Assembly (NCBI GenBank): GCA_038327245.1
Contig: JBBQKV010000003.1
Location: 1 to 50,427, forward strand
DNA length: 50,427 bases
DNA from: Acidobacteriota bacterium
GTDB lineage: Bacteria > Acidobacteriota > Thermoanaerobaculia > UBA5066 > Gp7-AA6
Reading direction: 5' to 3'
How positions within the stretch are numbered: the stretch's first letter is position 1; the number at the start of each line of letters is the position of its first letter. The position numbers and the translations under genes are program-made. The notes under the pieces were generated by a model. It was not told where the DNA came from. It saw only the letters and a list, made by a program, of their open reading frames with translations, and did not search any database. Positions 36,821-45,517 of this stretch are shown piece by piece.

Positions 36821-37414
36821 ATGTTCACCGGCATCGTCACGGGCATCGGGCGCGTGGCCTCGGTCGAGCGCCGGCGTGGGAGGCCAGCCCGCGTCGTCGT
36901 CGTCCCGCCCCGGGGTTACGGCGCATTCCGGCGCGGCGAGAGCATTTCCCTCTCCGGCGTGTGCGTCACCGCGACGGAGAGCGGTCGCCGGCTGGTCGCC
37001 GATCTGTCCCCGGAGACTCTCGCGGTGACGACGCTCGGCGCGCTCCGGGCCGACGAGACCGTGAACCTCGAGCGGGCGCTCGAGTGGCGGGGCCGGGTCT
37101 CCGGGCACTTCGTTCTGGGCCACGTGGACGCGGTTTCGCAGGTCCTCGCGGTCGAGGAGGCCGGCGGCTCGTGGACGTTTCGCTTTTCGGTTCCTCCGGG
37201 GTTCTCCCGCCATGTCGTGCGAAAGGGCTCGGTGGCGCTGGACGGCGTGAGCCTGACGGTCGCGAGCCGCAGCGCCGGACGCTTCGATGTCGCGGTGATC
37301 CCCGAAACGCATCGCCGGACGACGCTCGGCTCGCGGCGGGCGGGGGACCGGGTCAACTTCGAAGTGGACCCGCTGTCGCGTTATGGGGCGGCGGCGCGGA
37401 GAGCGACGCGGTGA
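36821..37414 (+). CDS. ribE: Riboflavin synthase (alpha chain)
   Basis: MFTGIV, GVCVT, VNLERAL, GHFVLGHVD, KGSVALDGVSLT. Confidence 0.97.
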   Translation: MFTGIVTGIGRVASVERRRGRPARVVVVPPRGYGAFRRGESISLSGVCVTATESGRRLVADLSPETLAVTTLGALRADETVNLERALEWRGRVSGHFVLGHVDAVSQVLAVEEAGGSWTFRFSVPPGFSRHVVRKGSVALDGVSLTVASRSAGRFDVAVIPETHRRTTLGSRRAGDRVNFEVDPLSRYGAAARRATR

Positions 37415-38409
37415 TCGAGTACGACAACGCTCTCACCCCTTCGGTCAAGCCGCGCGAGTCCGAGATCGGCGGGCGGAGGATCGCGGTCCAGGCGATCCCC
37501 TATTCTGGAGAGATCGGTTCGCCGCCGTTTCGGTTCGATCCGGTCGAACGCCGGTTCTTCGAGAGGCGCGCGGCCGGCCGGGTCGCTGTGGGCCCCGCCG
37601 ACCCCGAGGCGTGGGCGCGGGCCCTCGCGCGGTGCCCCGGGGGGCCCGTCGTCGTGGGCCCGGGTTCGGCGCGAGAGGTCGAAGAGATCCGGGGAGCCTA
37701 CGCGGCCGCTGCCGAGGGCGCGGCGAAGGCCGGCCGGCCGGTCTACCTCCTCGACCCGACGGCGTTGCCCGCCCCCGCCGGGCGGGCGATCGTCGTTCTC
37801 CTGGCGTGGTCGCCGTCTCCCCGCCGCGGCGACGGAGTGTCCATTGCGGCGGCGCGCGCCGCGGGGCTGGAGGCCGGTGGTCTTCTCCCGATCGTGCCGG
37901 GGTGGACCGACGCGCCCGAATTTCTGGCCGCGTATCTCGACGACCTGGCCGCCGCCGGAGCGACGTTCGCGGCCCCGATTCCGGCGTCCGGCGACGGCGA
38001 AGGGCGCCGCATCCTCGTCGAGGCCCGCGCGGCGTTCGACCCCGCGTCGGCGGACTCGTTTTTCGAAAAAGCTCACCACACCGACTGGGCGGCCGGCCAG
38101 GAAGCGATAATCGGGCGCTTCCGTGCGGAGGCCGCGCGCCGGGGCCTGGCGACTTTTCCGACGCGCCCGCTCGGCCGGGGAGAGCCGCCCGGCAACTCGG
38201 CCGCTGCGGCCCGCCTGGAGGAAAGCGCGCAGGATGCGGGCGCCGACGAGCACCGGGCCTCGCTTCTCTACGCCGCGGCGCGCTGGATCGACGAGTCCGG
38301 GCGCGACCTGGCTGCCGTGGTGAGCGAGGGGAACTTCCGGAAGGTCTTCCCGTTCGGATCTCTCGCCCGGGAAGCGGAGGCCGCCTTCCGGGAGTCGGGG
38401 GCGGCATGA
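37411..38409 (+). CDS. Hypothetical protein: degenerate SplB/Rv2578c-like radical-SAM remnant plus PolX 8-kDa HhH-like C-terminus
   Basis: GTGA and ATGA overlaps with ribE and hemW; PYSG, PIVPGWTD and LAAAGA segments; C-terminus aligns by eye with the PolX N-terminus. Confidence 0.65.
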   Translation: MIEYDNALTPSVKPRESEIGGRRIAVQAIPYSGEIGSPPFRFDPVERRFFERRAAGRVAVGPADPEAWARALARCPGGPVVVGPGSAREVEEIRGAYAAAAEGAAKAGRPVYLLDPTALPAPAGRAIVVLLAWSPSPRRGDGVSIAAARAAGLEAGGLLPIVPGWTDAPEFLAAYLDDLAAAGATFAAPIPASGDGEGRRILVEARAAFDPASADSFFEKAHHTDWAAGQEAIIGRFRAEAARRGLATFPTRPLGRGEPPGNSAAAARLEESAQDAGADEHRASLLYAAARWIDESGRDLAAVVSEGNFRKVFPFGSLAREAEAAFRESGAA

Positions 38410-39539
38410 CGGAAGCCGCAGGCATCTACGTCCACCTGCCCTACTGCCGGTCGCGCTGCGGGTACTGCGCCTTCGTCGTTTCGACGGACGATTCGAGCCG
38501 CAGTGAGTATCTCGAGGCGCTGGCGCGCGAAGCGGCAACCCTGTCGGAGGAAGCGGCCGGCCGCGACTTCGACTCGATCTATCTCGGCGGCGGTACGCCG
38601 TCTCTCGTCCCGCCGGCCGACCTGCGGCGGCTGCTCGAGGACCTGCGTCGAAATTTTGCCGTGGACGAAGCCCACTCCGAAGTCACGCTCGAGGCGAACC
38701 CCGAAGACCTGACGGGGAAGCTCGTCGGAGAGTGGAGGGACGCCGGTGTCAACCGGGTTTCGGTCGGCGTTCAGTCGTTCCACGACTCCGAGCTCTCCGC
38801 GGTCGGGCGGCGGCACGACGCCAACGGCGCCCGGCGGGCGCTTGCCATCCTGTCGCAGGCGGACGTCTCGATCTCGGCCGACCTCATCCTCGGGCTTCCG
38901 ACCCAGACGTCGGAGACGTTTCGGCAGAGCGTGGACGAAGTCGGCGACGCGGGCGTCGGGCACCTGTCGATCTACCTTCTCGAGACCGAAAAGTCCCGCA
39001 CCATCGAGGAGGATCGGCGCAACCATCCCGACCGGTACCTCTCCGACGAGGCTCAGGCGGAGGCCTGGCTGGAAGCGGGGGAGACCCTTGCCTCGCGGGG
39101 CTTCTCGCACTACGAAATCTCGAACTGGGCGCGTCCCGGCCGGCAGGCGTCCCACAACCTCAAGTACTGGACCCGGACCCCGACCCTCGGACTGGGCGTG
39201 TCGGCGCACGAGCTCTGGGACGGGCGGCGGCGCGCCAACGTCTCGGGGCTTCCGGCGTACCTGGCGGCGCTTCGCGATTCGCGCCGACCGACCGCCCTCG
39301 ACGAGCCGGTGGCGCCGGACGCCGTCGCGCGGGAGCGGATCTTCCTGGGCCTGCGACTTTCCACCGGCGTGCCGGCCGCGGAGATCGAAGGTTGGATCGG
39401 CGACGCCGGCGACCCGCTCCTCGCCGAGGACTATGCGGCGTGGCTCGAAGCCGGCCTGCTCGCGAGAGAAAACGGCCGCGTCGGGTTTACCGAGCGCGGC
39501 TTTCTCGTTTCGAACGAGGTGCTCTGCCGCTTCGTTTAG
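38406..39539 (+). CDS. hemW: Radical-SAM heme chaperone HemW (HemN-like)
   Basis: YVHLPYCRSRCGYCAF, GGGTPS, EANP, YEISN, HNLKYW. Confidence 0.92.
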   Translation: MTEAAGIYVHLPYCRSRCGYCAFVVSTDDSSRSEYLEALAREAATLSEEAAGRDFDSIYLGGGTPSLVPPADLRRLLEDLRRNFAVDEAHSEVTLEANPEDLTGKLVGEWRDAGVNRVSVGVQSFHDSELSAVGRRHDANGARRALAILSQADVSISADLILGLPTQTSETFRQSVDEVGDAGVGHLSIYLLETEKSRTIEEDRRNHPDRYLSDEAQAEAWLEAGETLASRGFSHYEISNWARPGRQASHNLKYWTRTPTLGLGVSAHELWDGRRRANVSGLPAYLAALRDSRRPTALDEPVAPDAVARERIFLGLRLSTGVPAAEIEGWIGDAGDPLLAEDYAAWLEAGLLARENGRVGFTERGFLVSNEVLCRFV

Positions 39540-41692
39540 ATGAAAAGTGGCGCGAGCACGAGGGTGATCGTCGCGAGGAGCTTGATCAGGACGTGCAGGG
39601 ACGGCCCGGCCGTGTCTTTGAAGGGGTCGCCGACCGTGTCGCCCACGACCGCGGCCTTGTGCGTCGCCGAGCCCTTGCCGCCGAGGGCGCCGGTCTCGAT
39701 GTACTTCTTGGCGTTGTCCCACGCGCCACCGGCGTTGTTCAGCATCGTCGCGACGACGATGCCGGTGATGGTCCCGACCATGAGGAGAGCCGCCACCGCT
39801 TCCGCGCCGACGTGGAAGAGCTTGAACACGAGCCCGACCGCGATCGGAGTTCCGACAGCGACGAGGCCCGGCGCGATCATCTGCCTCAACGCGCCCCGCG
39901 TGACGATGTCGACCGTCCGGCCGTAGTCCGGCTTCTCGGTCCCCTGCATGATCCCGGGATGCTCGCGGAACTGATCCCGCACGTCCTGGATCACGACGCC
40001 GGCGGCCTTGCCGACCGCGCGGATTGCGAGGCCCGAAAAGAAGAAGACGAGCATCGCGCCGAGGAGGGCGCCCACGAAGACCTCGGGCTTGGCGATGTTG
40101 ACCGACAGGAGTTCGGCCCCGTAGTTCTTGAGCTCGTCGAGGTACGCCGAGAAAAGAAGGAAAGCCGCGAGCGCCGCGGACCCGATCGCGTACCCCTTCG
40201 TCAGGGCCTTCGTGGTGTTGCCCACGGAGTCCAGGCGGTCCGTCATCCGGCGGATCTCCTCGGGCTGCCGTGACATCTCGACGATTCCGCCGGCGTTGTC
40301 CGTGATGGGACCGAACGTGTCCATCGCGAGGATGTAGGCGGCGGTGCCCAGCATCCCCATCGTCGCGACCGCGGTGCCGAAGAGTCCGGCCCCGGGCAGT
40401 GCCGAGGCTCCGATCTTGAACGACGTGAGGATGGCGAGCGAGATCGTCAGAACGGGCAGGAGCGTGCACTCGAAGCCGATAGAAATGCCGGCGATGATGT
40501 TGGTGGCCGGGCCGGTCTGGGACGCTTCGGCGATCTCGCGGACCGGCCGGTAACGATACTCGGTGTAGTACTGAGTGATATAGACGAAGGCGACCGAGGT
40601 GAGGACGCCGATGATTCCGCAGATGAAGAACTTCCACCAGGCGTCGGGCGCGGACGGGTTGTAGAGGAGCCAGCGGGTCGCGACGAAGAAGCCCGCGATC
40701 GCGAGCGTCGCGGCCACGTAGTAGCCGCGGTTCAAGGCCTGCATGGGATCCCGATCCTCGCGCGTGTGCACGAAGAAGATCCCCACGATGGAGGCGAGGA
40801 GCCCGAAGGCGCGGGCCACCAGGGGGAACAGCATGACGCCCACGACTCCCGCCGAGAAGGCCATCCCGGCGCGCTCGGAGGCGGCCGCCAGCGTGGCGCC
40901 GAGAATCATTGCGCCGATGTTCTCGGCGGCCGTCGACTCGAAGAGATCCGCGCCGCGGCCGGCGCAGTCGCCGACGTTGTCTCCCACCAGGTCGGCGATG
41001 ACCGCCGGGTTCCGGGGATCGTCCTCCGGGATTCCGGCTTCCACCTTTCCGACGAGGTCCGCGCCGACGTCCGCGGCCTTGGTGTAGATTCCGCCGCCCA
41101 GCTGGGCGAACAGGGCGACGAACGAAGCGCCGAACCCGTAGCCCACGATCAGCAGCGGGATCTGAGCCTGCGGCACTTCCGTGAAGTGGCTGACGAGCCA
41201 GTACAGCCCGCCGACTCCGAAGAGCGACATCGCCACGACGAAGAGTCCCGAGACCGCGCCGCCGCGGAGCGCGATCCGCAGGGCGTCGTTCAAGGAGCTC
41301 CGGGCGGCCGACGCGGTTCGGATGTTGGAACGGATCGCGATCCACATCCCGATGTATCCGGCGATGACCGAGCAGCCGGCGCCGAGGACGAAGGAAAGGG
41401 TGGTCCAGAAGGCGAGCCGGAAGGCGGTCGGGACCGGATCGAAGTCATGATGGGTCCGAACGAAGGCGTAGAGGACGAAGATCAGGGCCGCGAGGAGGCT
41501 CGCGAGCAGGAGGATGGTCCGGTTCTGGCGCCGCAGGAACGCCTCGGCGCCTTCCTTGATCGCATTCGAGATCTCCCGCATCGCCGGAGTCCCGGTGTCC
41601 TTTTTGAGAACCCAGGAGATGAGATAACCCGCGACGAAGAGCGAGCCGATCGAGAAGACGAAGATCAGGGGCAGAGCCAGATCGTGTGACAT
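39536..41692 (-). CDS. hppA: Membrane-bound H+-translocating pyrophosphatase, K+-independent signature
   Basis: GGGIYTKAADVGADLVGKVE, EDDPRNP, DNAGG, GNTTKA, GDTVGDPFKD. Confidence 0.96.
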   Translation of the reverse strand: MSHDLALPLIFVFSIGSLFVAGYLISWVLKKDTGTPAMREISNAIKEGAEAFLRRQNRTILLLASLLAALIFVLYAFVRTHHDFDPVPTAFRLAFWTTLSFVLGAGCSVIAGYIGMWIAIRSNIRTASAARSSLNDALRIALRGGAVSGLFVVAMSLFGVGGLYWLVSHFTEVPQAQIPLLIVGYGFGASFVALFAQLGGGIYTKAADVGADLVGKVEAGIPEDDPRNPAVIADLVGDNVGDCAGRGADLFESTAAENIGAMILGATLAAASERAGMAFSAGVVGVMLFPLVARAFGLLASIVGIFFVHTREDRDPMQALNRGYYVAATLAIAGFFVATRWLLYNPSAPDAWWKFFICGIIGVLTSVAFVYITQYYTEYRYRPVREIAEASQTGPATNIIAGISIGFECTLLPVLTISLAILTSFKIGASALPGAGLFGTAVATMGMLGTAAYILAMDTFGPITDNAGGIVEMSRQPEEIRRMTDRLDSVGNTTKALTKGYAIGSAALAAFLLFSAYLDELKNYGAELLSVNIAKPEVFVGALLGAMLVFFFSGLAIRAVGKAAGVVIQDVRDQFREHPGIMQGTEKPDYGRTVDIVTRGALRQMIAPGLVAVGTPIAVGLVFKLFHVGAEAVAALLMVGTITGIVVATMLNNAGGAWDNAKKYIETGALGGKGSATHKAAVVGDTVGDPFKDTAGPSLHVLIKLLATITLVLAPLFI

Positions 41693-41841
41693 TCCAACTC
41701 CTCTATTCCGTCTGGATCCCGGAGAACTCGCGAAAGTGAGCGCGCGACCTGCCCGTCCGGGGCGCGCAAGGATATATCAACTTCGTGGCGGGCTCTGATC
41801 GGAAGGGTCAGATCCCCGAAGCGGTCATCCCGACTCCGAGA

Positions 41842-42330
41842 CTATTGCGCGGGAGCGGCCGCCGGGGCGGCAGCGGGAGCGGCCGGCGTGGCCAGGACGC
41901 CTTCGATCGGCACGGTCTCGAGCACGATACCGATGGTTGTTTGCGGGCCACCCGCCGTGCGGACAATGTCCATGACCGACGCGACCTCGCCGTACGTCGC
42001 GACGTCGTCGGCGGAAAGGAACACCGTCTTGTCCCGCCGGTTCTTGAGAATCTCGGAGAGACGCAGCGCGAGCGACTGCTTGTCGAGCGGCTCCTTGTTG
42101 AGGTAGATCCGGTTCTGCGCGGTCACGGAGACGATCAGCTGATCCAGTGAAGGCGGCGACGACTCGACCGTCGCCTTCGGCGGGACCTTGACGTCGTAGC
42201 CCATCTGGAGGAGAGGAGTGATCACCATGAAGATGATGAGGAGAACGAGCACGACGTCCACCAGCGGCGTGATGTTGATGTCGCTCTTGTAAGCTCCGGG
42301 CGAACCGCCGACCCCCGCCCCCATTGCCAT
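41842..42330 (-). CDS. ExbD/TolR-family protein
   Basis: DINITPLVDVVLVLLIIFMV with the conserved Asp; AD...YG.V..VMD. Confidence 0.93.
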   Translation of the reverse strand: MAMGAGVGGSPGAYKSDINITPLVDVVLVLLIIFMVITPLLQMGYDVKVPPKATVESSPPSLDQLIVSVTAQNRIYLNKEPLDKQSLALRLSEILKNRRDKTVFLSADDVATYGEVASVMDIVRTAGGPQTTIGIVLETVPIEGVLATPAAPAAAPAAAPAQ

Positions 42331-42361
42331 TAAGGAATCTCCTCGCTTTTCTTGCCCGGGA

Positions 42362-42811
42362 TCAGCTCGCGGGCGGTTTGGCCGCGCCCACTGTTCTCTT
42401 GTCAGTGATGAGCCCGACGTCCTGGAAGCCGGCTTCCTTCGTCATCTTCATGACTGCCTTGACGTCCCCGTACTTCAGCCGCTGGTCCGCCTTGATGATG
42501 AGCTCGGTGGTCGGCGACCGCTGGAACAGCTCGTCGAGCTCCTTCTGGAAGTCCTCTTTCGCGAACCACTTCGGGCCGATGTAGTACCTCGGCGGAGTCT
42601 GCCACTCGACCGTGATCAGCTTCTGCTTCTCGTTCTCCGGCTTCTTCCCGGGGTTGTCGGTGGTGGGGAGCTGGATGGGGATCCCCTTCTGAAGGAGCGG
42701 GGTGACGACCATGAAGATGATCAGAAGCACCAGGCACACGTCGACGAGGGGCGTGACGTTGATGTCGCTCTGAAGCGTGTGCTTGTTGCCGCCGCCGCCC
42801 CCCATGCCCAT
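42362..42811 (-). CDS. ExbD/TolR-family protein
   Basis: DINVTPLVDVCLVLLIIFMV; IKADQRLKYGDV. Confidence 0.93.
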   Translation of the reverse strand: MGMGGGGGNKHTLQSDINVTPLVDVCLVLLIIFMVVTPLLQKGIPIQLPTTDNPGKKPENEKQKLITVEWQTPPRYYIGPKWFAKEDFQKELDELFQRSPTTELIIKADQRLKYGDVKAVMKMTKEAGFQDVGLITDKRTVGAAKPPAS

Positions 42812-42838
42812 GGCAATTCCTCCCGACGTCTCGAAAAA

Positions 42839-43543
42839 CTAGGACGCTTTCACGGAGAGGTTCACGCCCGCTCCGCGCCGCTTGATGAAGTAGTCGATCA
42901 GCTCCGAGGAGGAGTTGGACATCTCGACCTGGAAGCGCTCGATCTTGTTCGTGAAGATGTTGAAGAGCCAGACCGCCGGAATGGCTACGAAGAGGCCGAG
43001 CGCGGTCGTGACGAGCGCCTCGGCGATACCGCTCGAAACTGCCGCGATACCCCCGGAGCCGGACATCGCCATTCCCCGGAACGCGTTGATGATCCCGATG
43101 ACCGTTCCGAAGAGGCCGATGAAAGGCGCGGTCGTGCCGATCGTCGCGAGGCCCGAGAGGCCCTTCCGCATGTCCGCGGTGGTCATGAGCGCCTCCCGCT
43201 CGATCGCCCGCTCCGCCGCCTCGATCGGGTCGTGGCCGACGATGTTGGCGCTGCCGGTCGTGACGTCGTGCTGGAACTCGTACAGGCCGGCCGAGACGAC
43301 CCGCGCCAGGTGGCTCTGCTTGTACTTCTTGGAGGAATCGATCGCTTCCTGGAGCTTGTCCTGCTTGAGGTGCAGCGTCACGAGCTTGGCGAAAGCGAGA
43401 GACTGCTTTTTCGCCTTCTGGAAGAAGATCCACCGCTCGATCGCAACGGTCAGGGAATAGATCGACATGATGATGAGGAGCACCGAGACCCCCTTGGCGA
43501 GGCCCGTCATGGTGTGCCAGAGATCTACTGGGTCGAAACTCAT
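42839..43543 (-). CDS. ExbB/TolQ/MotA-family proton channel
   Basis: LATIGTTAPFIGLFGTVIGII and GIAEALVTTALGLFVAIPAV. Confidence 0.95.
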   Translation of the reverse strand: MSFDPVDLWHTMTGLAKGVSVLLIIMSIYSLTVAIERWIFFQKAKKQSLAFAKLVTLHLKQDKLQEAIDSSKKYKQSHLARVVSAGLYEFQHDVTTGSANIVGHDPIEAAERAIEREALMTTADMRKGLSGLATIGTTAPFIGLFGTVIGIINAFRGMAMSGSGGIAAVSSGIAEALVTTALGLFVAIPAVWLFNIFTNKIERFQVEMSNSSSELIDYFIKRRGAGVNLSVKAS

Positions 43544-43592
43544 GGAAACGCTCCTTCTCTAATTCGTTCTGCGTCCAGCGTCCGGCGTCATC

Positions 43593-44330
43593 CTAGTGCA
43601 GGTTGAAGGTTACGGTTACGGTGAGATACACGCGGACCGCGCGCCCGTTCAAAGTCGCCGGTCGATATCGCCACTGCTGAACGGCTCGCGAAGCCGCCGC
43701 ATCGAGAAGCGGGTTCACGGATTTCAGGACCTTCACGTCCTCCACGCTCCCGGTCGCCGTGATGATCGCCTCCAGGATCACGACGCCTTCCATCCGCGCC
43801 TTGCGGGCGGCTTCCGGATATTGCGGCTCGACCCGGTTCGTGAGCTGGGGCGCCTTGACGTCACCCCCGACCCGGAGCGGCTCGTCGGACAGGCCGGGGC
43901 CCGTCCCTCCCACAACCCCGCCGATCACACCCCCGGGGACGCCTCCCGGGACGCCGCCCTCGACTCCGCCTTCCACGCCCTCCCCGGCCGGTGCTTCGGG
44001 CTCCGGCGCTGCCACAGGCTCCGGAACCTTCTCGGGAATGATGGTGGGGGCCGTCATCTCGGTCGATCGGACCGGAACCGGCTTGACGGTTTCGGGCTTG
44101 GGTGCGACGGGCTTGGGCGCCGCTGCCGGAGGGGGCGGCGGCGGGGGTGGGGCGGCCGCGTAGAAAGTGACGGGAATGGGCGGCTCCGGCACGTCATCGA
44201 CGAACCAGATCGAGGCCCCGACCACGACACCGATGACGACCACGTGCAGGAGCAGAGCCAAGGGAAACGAGATGATTTTTCGTCCCTTTGACTTCTGAGT
44301 GCCCGACTCGATCAGAACGTCTTCGAACAT
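43593..44330 (-). CDS. tonB: TonB-family energy transducer
   Basis: TM helix with His (LALLLH), Pro-rich linker, GGV repeats, YPEAAR..RMEG.V, QWRYRPA..NG. Confidence 0.92.
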   Translation of the reverse strand: MFEDVLIESGTQKSKGRKIISFPLALLLHVVVIGVVVGASIWFVDDVPEPPIPVTFYAAAPPPPPPPPAAAPKPVAPKPETVKPVPVRSTEMTAPTIIPEKVPEPVAAPEPEAPAGEGVEGGVEGGVPGGVPGGVIGGVVGGTGPGLSDEPLRVGGDVKAPQLTNRVEPQYPEAARKARMEGVVILEAIITATGSVEDVKVLKSVNPLLDAAASRAVQQWRYRPATLNGRAVRVYLTVTVTFNLH

Positions 44331-44357
44331 TGCCTTCTCCCGCCTGACTAGACCCCG

Positions 44358-45221
44358 CTACGACTTGAGCGGTTCCGGCGTCGGCGTTTTCGCCAGGGCC
44401 TTCTTTCGCAATTCCAATGCCTGCTGGAGGTACTTGTTGGCGGTGTCGACGTACTCCTGCTTCTTCACCGGGTCGGTCTCGATCTTCGCCTTCTCGCGGT
44501 AAAGGAGGTTGATGTACGAAAGAGCCTCGAAATAGTCGGGTTTGATCTGGAGGGCCTTGTTCAGGGCGTCCAGGCCCTCGTCCACGATGTGCGTGCGCTG
44601 GACCGGGTCGATGTCCGGGAAGTTGTAGGACCGATCCCAGGCCTGGACCCCGATGAAGTAATAGACCTCGGCCTTCGCCTCGGGCGTGGTTTCGGCGGCC
44701 AGCCTCTTCTTCAGCCACGCGACCGCGTTGTCGACGTCCCCCTTCTTGAAGTACATCTGGGCGAGCGACTGCATCGCCTTGGTGTCCTTCGGGTTCTCCT
44801 CGACCATCTTCTGGTAGAAGGCGATCGCGTCGTCGAACCGCTCGGTGGTCAAGTAGAGCGAAACCAGGAACTCCCGGGCCTTCCGGTCGTTCGGGTACGC
44901 CTTGCCGTACTCCGTCAGGTGCTCCATCGCTTTCGAAGCGTACTCGAGGTCTTTCGGATGCTTGGACCCCGGCTGATAGAGGCCCATGTAGGCGAGCCCG
45001 ATGTTCTTGTGGAGCTTCTTTTCGCCCGGGTCGAGGCGCAGTGCCTCCTGGTAGGCCGCGAGCGCCGTCTGGTACTGGGCCGCCTTGAAGAAGTCGTTGC
45101 CCTTCTTGATCTCCTGCTTCGACTTGATCTTGTTGCACCCGGACGTGAGTGCGACCGAGAAGAGAATGAGGGTGACAGCCGCGGAGCTGCGCAGAAACGA
45201 ACGTCTCCGGTGCGTCACCAT
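44358..45221 (-). CDS. TPR-repeat lipoprotein, first gene of the tonB-exbB-exbD-exbD cluster
   Basis: ATG 45221 with AAGGAG upstream; lipobox LTSG-C; TPR helices. Confidence 0.85.
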   Translation of the reverse strand: MVTHRRRSFLRSSAAVTLILFSVALTSGCNKIKSKQEIKKGNDFFKAAQYQTALAAYQEALRLDPGEKKLHKNIGLAYMGLYQPGSKHPKDLEYASKAMEHLTEYGKAYPNDRKAREFLVSLYLTTERFDDAIAFYQKMVEENPKDTKAMQSLAQMYFKKGDVDNAVAWLKKRLAAETTPEAKAEVYYFIGVQAWDRSYNFPDIDPVQRTHIVDEGLDALNKALQIKPDYFEALSYINLLYREKAKIETDPVKKQEYVDTANKYLQQALELRKKALAKTPTPEPLKS

Positions 45222-45278
45222 GCTGAACCTGCTCCTTTTACTCTCTCGCTCAATCCGGGCGGGGGGGTCCGCCCGGAG

Positions 45279-45312
45279 CCGGAATTCTGTTGAATTCCGG
45301 AGGGCAAAGCAA
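45279..45312 (-). promoter_or_regulatory. Sigma70-like promoter overlapped by a perfect inverted repeat
   Basis: Minus strand TTGCTT (45312-45307), 17 nt, CAGAAT (45289-45284); CCGGAATTC-TGTT-GAATTCCGG at 45279-45300. Confidence 0.55.
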
Positions 45313-45517
45313 CTGGCTATTTTTTCGGGTGGAAAGGCGGACCGTTCGGCGCCGGAGCGATGCCGTTCCCGTCTCCGTCCAACGTCGAGGGTCGCCTCGC
45401 GATTTCCTTCCCGGACCTCCGTAACGCAGTCGTTCGCGCCGCGCCCGCGGCGTTCGCGCCGCCGGCCCGGGGAATAATCAACGTGTCGGTGCGCTTGGCT
45501 CGACAGGAGGAAACCCC

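Noticed and set aside
35638-38409. 923-aa ORF as one protein
   Set aside because: Only 37411-38409 looks coding; the rest overlaps ribD and ribE out of frame. The same over-extension affects ORFs 370..1446, 7161..8774, 24493..26703, 37383..39539 and 47433..49544.
38268-41345. 1025-aa ORF on the - strand, and similar long ORFs at 11769..14492, 22843..25188 and 15805..18090
   Set aside because: Alternative-frame or antisense shadows of well-supported genes, with low-complexity R/G/P composition.
41693-41841. Possible structured ncRNA in the exbD-hppA spacer
   Set aside because: Only a short imperfect hairpin (TCTGATC-GGAA-GGGTCAGA); no convincing SRP, tRNA or riboswitch consensus.
43900-44160. 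Repetitive DNA in tonB and in the LPXTG gene linker
   Set aside because: Explained by GGV peptide repeats and poly-Pro/Ala linkers typical of these proteins.
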